From: Neoechinorhynchus agilis
Lineage: Eukaryota; Animalia; Acanthocephala
Assembly (NCBI GenBank): GCA_051530055.1
Contig: CM121341.1
Location: 4,690,784-4,754,783 of the forward strand
Length of the DNA stretch: 64,000 bases
Direction of reading: 5' to 3'
Of this stretch, positions 25,124-38,100 are shown in pieces. The notes beneath the pieces are model-generated. The model was not told the origin of the DNA. It did not search any database and saw only the letters and a program-made list of their open reading frames with translations. Within the stretch, counting starts at the first letter, position 1. Each line of letters starts with the position of its first letter. A program made the translations under genes and the position numbers.

Positions 25124-25975
25124 TCAGTTAATATGACCTTTATGGACGTTTTGTTTGCCCAAATTTTTAATTGTTTTAATGGAAAACAAGTTCTTGATTT
25201 TACGTTGTATATCTGACCCAGAAATCTTCATTGATTTCCGTGTGAAACCTATTGCTAATCCAAAATTAATGTGCGTTTCATCTTGTCGCAACGAAACAAA
25301 ATCTTGTATTCCAACAATTGGTAGTTCTTTTCGATTAAGTTCGGATTCTATTTGATGTAGAAAATAACGGAAATTTTCTTTTTGCAATCTGATATATGCC
25401 AATCTCTGCCAAGGATTGCAAATTCTATCCCGAGCCTTACATTCGCTTTTGGGCAAATCAGGCTGCAACCCATCAATTATCTCATCAAAATTAACTGTCA
25501 TAATATTCGATATAGACTGCTTTGATTGTTCTAAAACATCTTGATCTTTTACTTGACAAGCATTAGACTGTCGTCTTTGTCTGAAGAATAATTTCCATTC
25601 GACTTCTGTAATGTCTGACCATGCCTCTGGGTGCTTCATAAATATTTCATTCTTCAAAACATGAGAGTATTGATCCGACAACGAACCCGCCGTCAATCTG
25701 TTCAACAAAATTGTATCCAATTGTTGGAAAATTTTCGATTGTCGGATTTTCAAAACCTGAACCTTAGCAATAAAATTGGATACATTTGTGCAGCTTGTAG
25801 ACCGGTCCATCGGTTTCAAAAGTTCAGTCCGCTCAAACATTTGAAGCGTATCGACGTTATCGGTGTCATTAATTATGTCGTCAAGCGTACAAGGTACATA
25901 TTCGACTTGCTTTACTTCTTTAACTGGAATTTCTAATGGTAGTTTGAGAATATTGCTATGTCTTACGAAATTCAT
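25124..25975 (-). CDS. Hypothetical protein (283 aa; may continue through downstream exons)
   Basis: Long ATG-initiated ORF with ordinary amino-acid composition in AT-rich DNA. No family recognised. Confidence 0.55.
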   Translation of the reverse strand: MNFVRHSNILKLPLEIPVKEVKQVEYVPCTLDDIINDTDNVDTLQMFERTELLKPMDRSTSCTNVSNFIAKVQVLKIRQSKIFQQLDTILLNRLTAGSLSDQYSHVLKNEIFMKHPEAWSDITEVEWKLFFRQRRQSNACQVKDQDVLEQSKQSISNIMTVNFDEIIDGLQPDLPKSECKARDRICNPWQRLAYIRLQKENFRYFLHQIESELNRKELPIVGIQDFVSLRQDETHINFGLAIGFTRKSMKISGSDIQRKIKNLFSIKTIKNLGKQNVHKGHIN

Positions 25976-26925
25976 TACGATACTATATGTGAGAATGATA
26001 AGTAATATTCAGTGGGTGAACAGGCGAAATCGCTAATGCTTTTTGTCGTTATTTATAAATGCTGAAACATGATTGGTCAATAGATAATTATCACACCCAA
26101 TAACCGTCTAATACAATCGCGCACGAATAAATCAGATATGCTTTATCATTTAGGAAAAGCTTGCATATGCATCCAATTAGACGTTATCTGATCAACAATA
26201 GAGTGAATTGTAAAAATATCGCCTTTTATGGATTCATTTAACTTCAAATAGTATCAGCCAATGCCATGTGCCAATAAATTTGATTTCTATTATTTGGCAA
26301 AATACTATTGTAATACATGTGCTTAAAATTAATGTAAAAAGTATATGGTAATGTGCCTGGTGCTTTTAATCGTAACGGAAATCGATAATATCGTCTTTAC
26401 CACAACCTTAATTAATAACCATTCTTCTATAATGATCTAATCTTAGAAGAAATATAATACCCTATAATAAAACGATTTTGCTTTTTATTGCTAACTGGTC
26501 GTTTTCCTATATAAATTTTTACATTTGTTGTACCAAGCGCGACAGCTAATCTTCAAACAAAGCAATAAGAAATATATTTCAATTCAAAACTTGTTGGTAC
26601 CTTACGCAAGTGTCTGAACCTGTAACTAGAGCATTAATTTCGCAAGCAATTGTTGATATGAATTTAGAGAACAAATGCTCGAAGGCCTTTCAACGTTGTA
26701 TCAAGTGCTCGAAGAGATTTCTTGGGCCACTGTATGTGTTTGGCATCATCGCTTGGTCATATTGCATCAAGGATTGCCTTTGGTTATCACTGCTTAAAGG
26801 TAACTTCAGCGAACTCCATCTTTCAGAATGAAAACAATCATAGGGGAAGCGATGGATAAAGTGACATAATTACACAATCCGATCTCAGAGGGAATCAAAT
26901 TAAGAAAAACGGTTACAAGCATCGG

Positions 26926-27250
26926 TCACGTGTTCACGCGACTTTCCTTTCGTTCTCCATTTTGGTTATTAAACTCGTCAATTTCGGAAACGAATTGAAT
27001 GTCAGAATTATGTTCAAGCGATTTCTCCCCGCTCATCATGAAGAAATTCAAATTTGACGATTTCACTACGATTGCCGTGAGTACTGGCGATTTGTTAAGG
27101 CTGCATTTCAGCGGCACTTCGAGTTTCACTCTCCTCTGATTATACTCCAATCGTTCTCCGGTCAGAGGAGATTTCCGCTGTCGTAATGTTTTGTGGATCG
27201 GTGACTGGAGCACAAGCCGCTTGCTGGCCCTGCAAGTTTATTGAATATCC
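26926..27250 (-). pseudogene. FoxO-like relic C: last coding repeat joined to a deleted C-terminal region
   Basis: 27181-27250 is a coding-type repeat. 27100-27180 matches copy B (KSHLTGERLENNQ). 26990-27100 matches copy A (STHGNLSKIVK...QHNSDIEF). Confidence 0.85.
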
Positions 27251-30200
27251 TTATTGTTCGTGTGCAACTTCATTGTTTACGTCATGTTCTGAATCAATGC
27301 GGCGATTTATTGTCGCAGAAAGATACGAGCGGTGTCACTTTATTGTTTTTCTGTAACTACAACACAATTTTCTTGCTTTGCCGTCAAGTGCATTGAATAT
27401 TCTTATTGTTCGTGTGCAACTTCATTGTTTACGTCATGTTCTGAATCAATGCGGCTATTTATTGTCGCAGAAAGATACGAGCGGTGTCACTTTATTGTTT
27501 TTCTGTAACTACAACACAATTTTCTTGCTTTGCCGTCAAGTGCATTTAATATTCTTATTGTTCGTGTGCAACTTCATTGTTTACGTCATGTTCTGAATCA
27601 ATGCGGCTATTTATTCCCGCAGATAGATACGAGCGGTGTCACTTTATTGTTTTGCGCTAACTAAAACACAATTTTCTTGCTTTGCCGTCAAGTGCATTGA
27701 ATATCCTTATTGTTCGTGTGCAACTTCATTGTTTACGTCATGTTCTGAATCAATGCGGCTATTTATTGTCGCAGATAGATACGAGCGGTGTCACTTTATT
27801 GTTTTTCTGTAACTACAACACAATTTTCTTTCTTTGCCGTCAAGTGCATTGAATATTCTTATTGTTCGTGTGCAACTTCATTGTTTACGTCATGTTCTGA
27901 ATCAATGCGGCGATTTATTGTCGCAGAAAGATACGAGCGGTGTCACTTTATTGTTTTTCTGTAACTACAACACAATTTTCTTGCTTTGCCGTCAAGTGCA
28001 TTTAATATTCTTATTGTTCGTGTGCAACTTCATTGTTTACGTCATGTTCTGAATCAATGCGGCTATTTATTCCCGCAGATAGATACGAGCGGTGTCACTT
28101 TATTGTTTTGCGCTAACTAAAACACAATTTTCTTGCTTTGCCGTCAAGTGCATTGAATATCCTTATTGTTCGTGTGCAACTTCATTGTTTACGTCATGTT
28201 CTGAATCAATGCGGCTATTTATTGTCGCAGATAGATACGGGCGGTGTCACTTTATTGTTTTTCTGTAACTACAACACAATTTTCTTTCATTGCCGTCAAG
28301 TGAATTGAATATTCTTATTGTTCGTGTGCAACTTCATTGTTTACGTCATGTTCTGAATCAATGCGGCTATTTATTCCCGCAGATAGATACGAGCGGTGTC
28401 ACTTTATTGTTTCTCTGTAACTACAACACAATTTTCTTGCTTTGCGGTCAAGTGCATTTAATATTCTTATTGTTTGTGGTCAACTTCATTGTTTACGTCA
28501 TGTTCTGAATCAATGCGGCGATTTATTGTCGCAGATAGATACGGGCGGTGTCACTTTATTGTTTCTCTGTAACTACAACACAATTTTCTTGCTTTGCGGT
28601 CAAGTGCATTTAATATTCTTATTGTTTGTGGTCAACTTCATTGTTTACGTCATGTTCTGAATCAATGCGGCTATTTATTCCCGCAGATAGATACGAGCGG
28701 TGTCACTTTATTGTTTTTCGCTAACTACAACACAATTTTCTTGCTTTGCCGTCAAGTGCATTGAATATCCTTATTGTTCGTGTGCAACTTCATTGTTTAC
28801 GTCATGTTCTGAATCAATGCGGCTATTTATTGTCGCAGAAAGATACGGGCGGTGTCACTTTATTGTTTTTCTGTAACTACAACACAATTTTCTTTCATTG
28901 CCGTCAAGTGAATTGAATATTCTTATTGTTCGTGTGCAACTTCATTGTTTACGTCATGTTCTGAATCAATGCGGCTATTTATTGTCGCAGATAGATACGA
29001 GCGGTGTCACTTTATTGTTTTTCTCTAACTACAACACAATTTTCTTGCTTTGCCGTCAAGTGCATTTAATATTCTTATTGTTCGTGTGCAACTTCATTGT
29101 TTACGTCATGTTCTGAATCAATGCGGCTATTTATTGTCGCAGATAGATACGGGCGGTGTCACTTTATTGTTTTTCTGTAACTACAACACAATTTTCTTGC
29201 TTTGCCGTCAAGTGCATTGAATATTCTTATTGTTCGTGTGCAACTTCATTGTTTGCGTCATGTTCTGAATCAATGCGGCTATTTATTCCCGCAGATAGAT
29301 ACGAGCGGTGTCACTTTATTGTTTCTCTGTAACTACAACACAATTTTCTTGCTTTGCGGTCAAGTGCATTTAATATTCTTATTGTTTGTTGCAACTTCAT
29401 TGTTTACGTCATGTTCTGAATCAATGCGGCTATTTATTCTCGCAGATAGATACGAGCGGTGTCACTTTATTGTTTCTCTGTAACTACAACACAATTTTCT
29501 TGCTTTGCGGTCAAGTGCATTTAATATTCTTATTGTTTGTGGTCAACTTCATTGTTTACGTCATGTTCTGAATCAATGCGGCGATTTATTGTCGCAGATA
29601 GATACGGGCGGTGTCACTTTATTGTTTCTCTGTAACTACAACACAATTTTCTTGCTTTGCCGTCAAGTGCATTTAATATTCTTATTGTTCGTGTTCAACT
29701 TCATTGTTTACGTCATGTTCTGAATCAATGCGGCGATTTATTGTCGCAGATAGATACGAGCGGTGTCACTTTATTGTTTCTCTGTAACTACAACACAATT
29801 TTCTTGCTTTGCGGTCAAGTGCATTTAATATTCTTATTGTTTGTGGTCAACTTCATTGTTTACGTCATGTTCTGAATCAATGCGGCTATTTATTCCCGCA
29901 GATAGATACGAGCGGTGTCACTTTATTGTTTTGCGCTAACTAAAACACAATTTTCTTGCTTTGCCGTCAAGTGCATTGAATATCCTTATTGTTCGTGTGC
30001 AACTTCATTGTTTACGTCATGTTCTGAATCAATGCGGCTATTTATTGTCGCAGAAAGATACGGGCGGTGTCACTTTATTGTTTTTCTGTAACTACAACAC
30101 AATTTTCTTGCTTTGCCGTCAAGTGCATTGAATATCCTTATTGTTCGTGTGCAACTTCATTGTTTACGTCATGTTCTGAATCAATGCGGCTATTTATTGT

Positions 30201-33200
30201 CGCAGAAAGATACGGGCGGTGTCACTTTATTGTTTTTCTGTAACTACAACACAATTTTCTTTCATTGCCGTCAAGTGCATTGAATATCCTTATTGTTCGT
30301 GTGCAACTTCATTGTTTACGTCATGTTCTGAATCAATGCGGCTATTTATTGTCGCAGAAAGATACGGGCGGTGTCACTTTATTGTTTTTCTGTAACTACA
30401 ACACAATTTTCTTTCATTGCCGTCAAGTGCATTGAATATTCTTATTGTTCGTGTGCAACTTCATTGTTTACGTCATGTTCTGAATCAATGCGGCGATTTA
30501 TTGTCGCAGATAGATACGGGCGGTGTCACTTTATTGTTTTTCTGTAACTACAACACAATTTTCTTGCTTTGCCGTCAAGTGCATTGAATATCCTTATTGT
30601 TCGTGTGCAACTTCATTGTTTACGTCATGTTCTGAATCAATGCGGCTATTTATTGTCGCAGAAAGATACGGGCGGTGTCACTTTATTGTTTTTCTGTAAC
30701 TACAACACAATTTTCTTTCATTGCCGTCAAGTGCATTGAATATTCTTATTGTTCGTGTGCAACTTCATTGTTTACGTCATGTTCTGAATCAATGCGGCGA
30801 TTTATTGTCGCAGAAAGATACGAGCGGTGTCACTTTATTGTTTTTCTGTAACTACAACACAATTTTCTTGCTTTGCCGTCAAGTGCATTTAATATTCTTA
30901 TTGTTCGTGTGCAACTTCATTGTTTACGTCATGTTCTGAATCAATGCGGCTATTTATTGTCGCAGAAAGATACGAGCGGTGTCACTTTATTGTTTTTATG
31001 TAACAACAACACAATTTTCTTGCTTTGCCGTCAATTGCATTTAAAATTCTTATTGTTCGTGTGCCACTTCATTGTTTACGTATGTTCTGAATCAATGCGG
31101 CTATTTATTCCCGCAGATAGATACGAGCGGTGTCACTTTATTGTTTTGCGCTAACTAAAACACAATTTTCTTGCTTTGCCGTCAAGTACATTGAATATCC
31201 TTATTGTTCGTGTGCAACTTCATTGTTTACGTCATGTTCTTAATCAATGCGGCTATTTATTCCCGCAGATAGATACGAGCGGTGTCACTTTATTGTTTTG
31301 CGCTAACTAAAACACAATTTTCTTGCTTTGCCGTCAAGTGCATTGAATATCCTTATTGTTCGTGTGCAACTTCATTGTTTACGTCATGTTCTGAATCAAT
31401 GCGGCTATTTATTGTCGCAGAAAGATACGGGCGGTGTCACTTTATTGTTTTTCTGTAACTACAACACAATTTTCTTTCATTGCCGTCAAGTGAATTGAAT
31501 ATTCTTATTGTTCGTGTGCAACTTCATTGTTTGCGTCATGTTCTGAATCAATGCGGCTATTTATTCCCGCAGATAGATACGAGCGGTGTCACTTTATTGT
31601 TTCTCTGTAACTACAACACAATTTTCTTGCTTTGCGGTCAAGTGCATTTAATATTCTTATTGTTTGTGGTCAACTTCATTGTTTACGTCATGTTCTGAAT
31701 CAATGCGGCGATTTATTGTCGCAGATAGATACGGGCGGTGTCACTTTATTGTTTCTCTGTAACTACAACACAATTTTCTTGCTTTGCCGTCAAGTGCATT
31801 GAATATTCTTATTGTTCGTGTGCAACTTCATTGTTTACGTCATGTTCTTAATCAATGCGGCTATTTATTCCCGCAGATAGATACGAGCGGTGTCACTTTA
31901 TTGTTTTTCGCTAACTAAAACACAATTTTCTTGCTTTGCCGTCAAGTGCATTGAATATCCTTATTGTTCGTGCGCAACTTCATTGTTTACGTCATGTTCT
32001 GAATCAATGCGGCTATTTATTGTCGCAGAAAGATACGGGCGGTGTCACTTTATTGTTTTTCTGTAACTACAACACAATTTTCTTTCATTGCCGTCAAGTG
32101 CATTGAATATTCTTATTGTTCGTGTGCAACTTCATTGTTTACGTCATGTTCTGAATCAATGCGGCTATTTATTGCCGCAGATAGATACGAGCGGTGTCAC
32201 TTTATTGTTTTTCGCTAACTACAACACAATTTTCTTGCTTTGCCGTCAAGTGCATTTAATATTCTTATTGTTCGTGTGCAACTTCATTGTTTACGTCATG
32301 TTCTGAATCAATGCGGCGATTTATTGTCGCAGAAAGATACGAGCGGTGTCACTTTATTGTTTCTCTGTAACTACAACACAATTTTCTTTCATTGCCGTCA
32401 AGTGCATTTAATATTCTTATTGTTTGTGGTCAACTTCATTGTTTACGTCATGTTCTGAATCAATGCGGCGATTTATTGTCGCAGAAAGATACGAGCGGTG
32501 TCACTTTATTGTTTTGCTGTAACTACAACACAATTTTTTTCATTGCCGTCAAGTGAATTGAATATTCTTATTGTTCGTGTGCAACTTCATTGTTTACGTC
32601 ATGTTCTGAATCAATGCGGCTATTTATTGTCGCAGATAGATACGAGCGGTGTCACTTTATTGTTTTTCTGTAACTACAACACAATTTTCTTTCATTGCCG
32701 TCAAGTGCATTTAATATTCTTATTGTTCGTGTGCAACTTCATTGTTTACGTCATGTTCTGAATCAATGCGGCGATTTATTGTCGCAGAAAGATACGAGCG
32801 GTGTCACTTTATTGTTTCTCTGTAACTACAACACAATTTTCTTTCATTGCCGTCAAGTGCATTTAATATTCTTATTGTTTGTGGTCAACTTCATTGTTTA
32901 CGTCATGTTCTGAATCAATGCGGCGATTTATTGTCGCAGATAGATACGGGCGGTGTCACTTTATTGTTTTTCTGTAACTACAACACAATTTTCTTTCATT
33001 GCCGTCAAGTGCATTGAATATTCTTATTGTTCGTGTGCAACTTCATTGTTTACGTCATGTTCTGAATCAATGCGGCTATTTATTCCCGCAGATAGATACG
33101 AGCGGTGTCACTTTATTGTTTTTCGCTAACTAAAACACAATTTTCTTGCTTTGCCGTCAAGTGCATTGAATATTCTTATTGTTCGTGTGCAACTTCATTG

Positions 33201-34737
33201 TTTACGTCATGTTCTGAATCAATGCGGCGATTTATTGTCGCAGAAAGATACGGGCGGTGTCACTTTATTGTTTTTCTGTAACTACAACACAATTTTCTTT
33301 CATTGCCGTCAAGTGCATTTAATATTCTTATTGTTCGTGTGCAACTTCATTGTTTACGTCATGTTCTGAATCAATGCGGCTATTTATTCCCGCAGATAGA
33401 TACGAGCGGTGTCACTTTATTGTTTTTCGCTAACTACAACACAATTTTCTTGCTTTGCCGTCAAGTGCATTGAATATTCTTATTGTTCGTGTGCAACTTC
33501 ATTGTTTACGTCATGTTCTGAATCAATGCGGCGATTTATTGTCGCAGAAAGATACGAGCGGTGTCACTTTATTGTTTTTCTGTAACTACAACACAATTTT
33601 CTTTCATTGCCGTAAAGTGCATTGAATATTCTTATTGTTCGTGTGCAACTTCATTGTTTACGTCATGTTCTGAATCAATGCGGCTATTTATTGTCGCAGA
33701 TAGATACGAGCGGTGTCACTTTATTGTTTTTCGCTAACTACAACACAATTTTCTTGCTTTGCCGTCGATTGCATTTAATATTCTTATTGTTCGTGTGCAA
33801 CTTCATTGTTTACGTCATGTTCTGAATCAATGCGGCTATTTATTGTCGCAGAAAGATACGGGCAGTGTCACTTTATTGTTTTTCGCTAACTACAACACAA
33901 TTTTCTTTCATTGCCGTCAAGTGAATTGAATATTTTTATTGTTCGTGTGCAACTTCATTGTTTACGTCATGTTCTGAATCAATGCGGCGATTTATTGTCG
34001 CAGATAGATACGAGCGGTGTCACTTTATTGTTTTTCGCTAACTACAACACAATTTTCTTACTTTGCCGTCAAGTGCATTTAATATTCTTATTGTTCGTGT
34101 GCAACTTCATTGTTTACGTCATGTTCTGAATCAATGCGGCTATTTATTGTCGCAGAAAGATACGGGCGGTGTCACTTTATTGTTTTTCGCTAACTACAAC
34201 ACAATTTTCTATCATTGCCGTCAAGTGCATTTAATATTCTTATTGTTCGTGCGCAACTTCATTGTTTACGTCATGTTCTGAATCAATGCGGCTATTTATT
34301 GTCGCAGATAGATACGAGCGGTGTCACTTTATTGTTTTTCGCTAACTACAACACAATTTTCTATCATTGCCGTCAAGTGCATTGAATATTCTTATTGTTT
34401 GTGGTCTACTTCATTGTTTACGTCATGTTCTGAATCAATGCGGCGATTTATTTTCGCAGATAGATACGAGCGGTGTCACTTTATTGTTTTTCTGTAACTA
34501 CAACACAATTTTCTATCATTGCCGTAAAGTGCATTGAATATTCTTATTGTTCGTGTACAACTTCATTGTTTACGTCATGTTCTGAATCAATGCGGCTATT
34601 TATTGTCGCAGAAAGATACGAGCAGTGTCACTTTATTGTTTTTCTGTAACTAAAACACAATTTTCTTGCTTTGCCGTCAAGTGCATTGAATATTCTTATT
34701 GTTTGTGGTCAACTTCATTGTTTACGTCATGTTCTGA
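27251..34737. repeat. 152-bp satellite, block 1 (about 49 units)
   Basis: Unit TTGCCGTCAAGTGCATTGAATATTCTTATTGTTCGTGTGCAACTTCATTGTTTACGTCATGTTCTGAATCAATGCGGCTATTTATTGTCGCAGATAGATACGAGCGGTGTCACTTTATTGTTTTTCGCTAACTACAACACAATTTTCTTGCT. The period is also visible in ORF-track spacings of 152, 304 and 456 bp. Confidence 0.99.
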
Positions 34738-34830
34738 TGATGTGCCATAGTTTTGTTCATCGGCTTTAAATCTGCTCCTTTTCTTTTTTCTTCTGTGACT
34801 GGTGAACAAGTTGCTTATTGTGCCGACACT
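34738..34830 (-). pseudogene. Short relic resembling the last degenerate repeats of copy A
   Basis: TCTGTGACTGGTGAACAAGTTGCTT resembles TCTGTGACTGGAACACCAGTTGCTT near 13797. AAATCTGCTC resembles the sequence near 13658. Confidence 0.5.
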
Positions 34831-35109
34831 GAAATGAATGTCTGTATGGTTGTAGCGGAAGGTTGATGTTCGCGACAAGTACGCATTTGAATTGTAATTT
34901 ATCTACTCAATTTTTAGATCGTATCTTAAAGGGGGAAAATGCGTTTTAAAGATTCGAATGAAGTTTATACAAATAGAGATAAGAAACATCAAAAAGCTAA
35001 ATATTTTAAACTTCAATTTGCAAAATTTATAGTATGAATCTTTAGTCTTGCACAGTAGACATGCAACATTGTATTGGTTCGCCAGCGGAAAAATAACAAT
35101 GATTTTTAT

Positions 35110-38100
35110 TTAGTCGTCGCTTAATATCTGGTTTAACAAATTATCTTCATCGGAGTCTTCATCGCTGTCAAATTGACTCTCCTCTGGATTTCCGTTTGTA
35201 TTATTAGTCGCGTCATTTTCCTGGTCCTCCTCGGTGTTATCGTTTTTCCTCGGACTGTCAGCGATCCCCAACGCTGCTCGTATCGCGTCCTCTAGTTGAA
35301 GAGTTTCAGCATCCTTTGGTTTTCGTATTACCTCCGCCGGTGGTTCGGATGGTGGTAATTCCTCACGAACGGATTGGGGTGTCATCTCGCCACCTTCAGA
35401 ATAATCTTCTTCTTCGGATTGTTCTCCTTCTGGAGTGCAAGGGCGAAAAAGTATGTTTTCTAGGAACATGTTAACAGTTTGATTAGCATCAACGCTCATA
35501 TAGCTTTCGGCCGGACTGGTAGCCGAAGCGCTTGACGATAGATTAAGTTCCTCTATCGATCGAGGATATTCTAAAATGTACTGCGCGAGCGTTGCCTCGT
35601 CGAACTGAGATGATCCGTTAAATTGATCCTTTGTTTCAACTCCAACTGGAATGGGTATATGTTGCTCAGATTCAAATTGTTCATTGATCTTGTGATATTG
35701 TTGGTGGTGTTCAGTTTGGGGCTCCTGCTGGTTTATCGGTCCAAAGTTAACATCGGGAGAAAAATTGAAGTTATCACGATCGTTGTCTGGCGCTTCAAAT
35801 GAAAAATAGTGCTCGTGTTCGACGTTTGGCCGACGATATCTATCTAAATCTTCATTGGCAATCTCATATCTATCAGCCGACAATGTATTAAATATAGTCC
35901 CCCTTTGCTCATCGTGTAGATTTACGGTGTCATCCAGCTGCAGTTCAGCGGCACTTCGAGTTTCATTCTCTGCTCTAATCTGATTATTTTCTAATCGTTC
36001 TCCGGTCAGATGAGATTTCTGCTCGTTTAGCAACCGGAAATTTTCTTGGTAATCCTCATCATTAAGCCCAACTTTATCCGAAAAATTACGCTGGTTGCTT
36101 TCGTGTGCCCCCTTGATTTCAGCTTCAATATTTGGTTCAGGACACATCTTTTGCTTTTTAGGTGGATGACATTCCGAAACGTCGTGTGTCCTTTTAGTGC
36201 TTTGTTTATCGGAAAAAATTTGGTGGCTCCGTATTGATTTTTGTTCACACATCTGCTCATTCGACTTCGCCGTTTCATCAGTTACCTTATTCGAGGACAG
36301 ATCTGCTCCTTGATAGTTTTGTACGCCCGTCATATTTTCTCTTTGCGTACAATTAATTTTTTGCATTTTGCTTAATTCCTTATAATTATCGGTGCCTTCA
36401 TATTGCCTTTTCATTGCTGTTATTGAATTTTGATTGAATCGTTTTTGGCCACTCGCCGATCGATCATCGCCATCCTTATTGATCATTGAAGCACAGTTCA
36501 TTGAATATCCTTGCTGTTCGCGTGGAACTTCATTCTTAACCTCAGTGTTCTGATTTGGCGCCGCTATTTCGTGTTGTTGATAAAAATGCGCCGTCGTAAT
36601 GTTTTGTGGATCGGTGACTGGAGCATAAGCCGCTTGCTGGCCTTGCAAGTGCATTGAATATCCTTGCTGCTCGCGTTGATCTTCATTGTTAACCTCAGTG
36701 TTCAGATTTTGCGCCGCTATTTCGGTTTGTTGATAGAAACCTACCGTCGCCATGTTTTGTGGTTCGCTGATTGGAGCACAAGCCGCTTGCTGGCCCTGCA
36801 AGTTTATTGAATATCCTTGCTGTTCGCGTGGATCTTCATTGTTTACCCCAGTGTTCGGATTTGGCGCCGTTATTTCGGTTTGTTGATAGAAACCCGCTGC
36901 CGTCATGTTTTGTGGATTGGTTACTGGAGCACGAGCCGCTTGCTGATCCTGCAAGTACATTGAATATCCTTGTTGTTCGCGTTGAACTTCATTGTTTACC
37001 CAAGTGTTCGGATTTGGAGCCGCTATTTCGGTTTCTTGATAGAAACCCACCGTCGCCATGTTTTGTGGTTCGGTGATTGGAGCGCAAGCCGCTTGCTGAT
37101 CCTGCAAGTGCATTGAATATCCTTGCTGTTCGCGTGGATCTTCATTGTTAACCTCAGTGTTCGGATGAGGTGCCGCAATTTCGTATTGTTGGTGGAAACC
37201 CACCGTCGCCATGTTTTGTAGTTCGGTGATTGGAGCACAAGCCGCTTGCTGATCCTGCAAGTGCATTGAATATCCTTGTTGTTCGCGTGGATCTTCATTG
37301 TTAACCTCAGTGTTCGGATTTGGCGCCGTTATTTCGGTTTGTTGATAGAAACCCGCTGCCGTCATGTTTTGTGGATTGGTTACTGGAGCACAAGCCGCTT
37401 GCTGATCCTGCAAGTGCATTGAATATCCTTGCTGTTCGCGTGGAACTTCATTGTTTACCCCAGTGTTCGGATTTGGCGCCGCTATTTCGGTTTGTTGATA
37501 GAAACCCACCGTCGCCATGTTTTGTGGTTCGCTGATTGGAGCACAAGCCGCTTGCTGATCCTGCAAGTGCATTGAATATCCTTGTTGTTCGCGTTGATCT
37601 TCATTGTTAACCTCAGTGTTCTGATTTGGCGCCGCTATTTCGTGTTGTTGATAGAAACCCACCGTCGCCATGTTTTGTGGTTCAGTGATTGGAGCACAAG
37701 CCGCTTGCTCATCCTGCAAGTGCATTGAATATCCTTGTTGTTCGCGTTGATCTTCATTGTTAACCTCAGTGTTCTGATTTGGCGCCGCTATTTCGTGTTG
37801 TTGATAGAAACCCACCGTCGCCATGTTTTGTGGTTCAGTGATTGGAGCACAAGCCGCTTGCTCATCCTGCAAGTGCATTGAATATCCTTGTTGTTCGCGT
37901 TGATCTTCATTGTTAACCTCAGTGTTCTGATTTGGCGCCGCTATTTCGTGTTGTTGATAGAAACCCACCGTCGCCATGTTTTGTGGTTCAGTGATTGGAG
38001 CACAAGCCGCTTGCTCATCCTGCAAGTGCATTGAATATCCTTGTTGTTCGCGTTGATCTTCATTGTTAACCTCAGTGTTCTGATTTGGCGCCGCTATTTC

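Noticed and set aside
25124-25975. TRMT10C or exonuclease assignment for the 283-aa ORF
   Set aside because: The SPOUT and DEDD motifs could not be found.
27251-34737. TAA read as Gln, making the satellite coding
   Set aside because: The unit length is not a multiple of 3, and genuine genes here terminate in TAA or TAG (e.g. copy B, CRCP, the H1-like gene).
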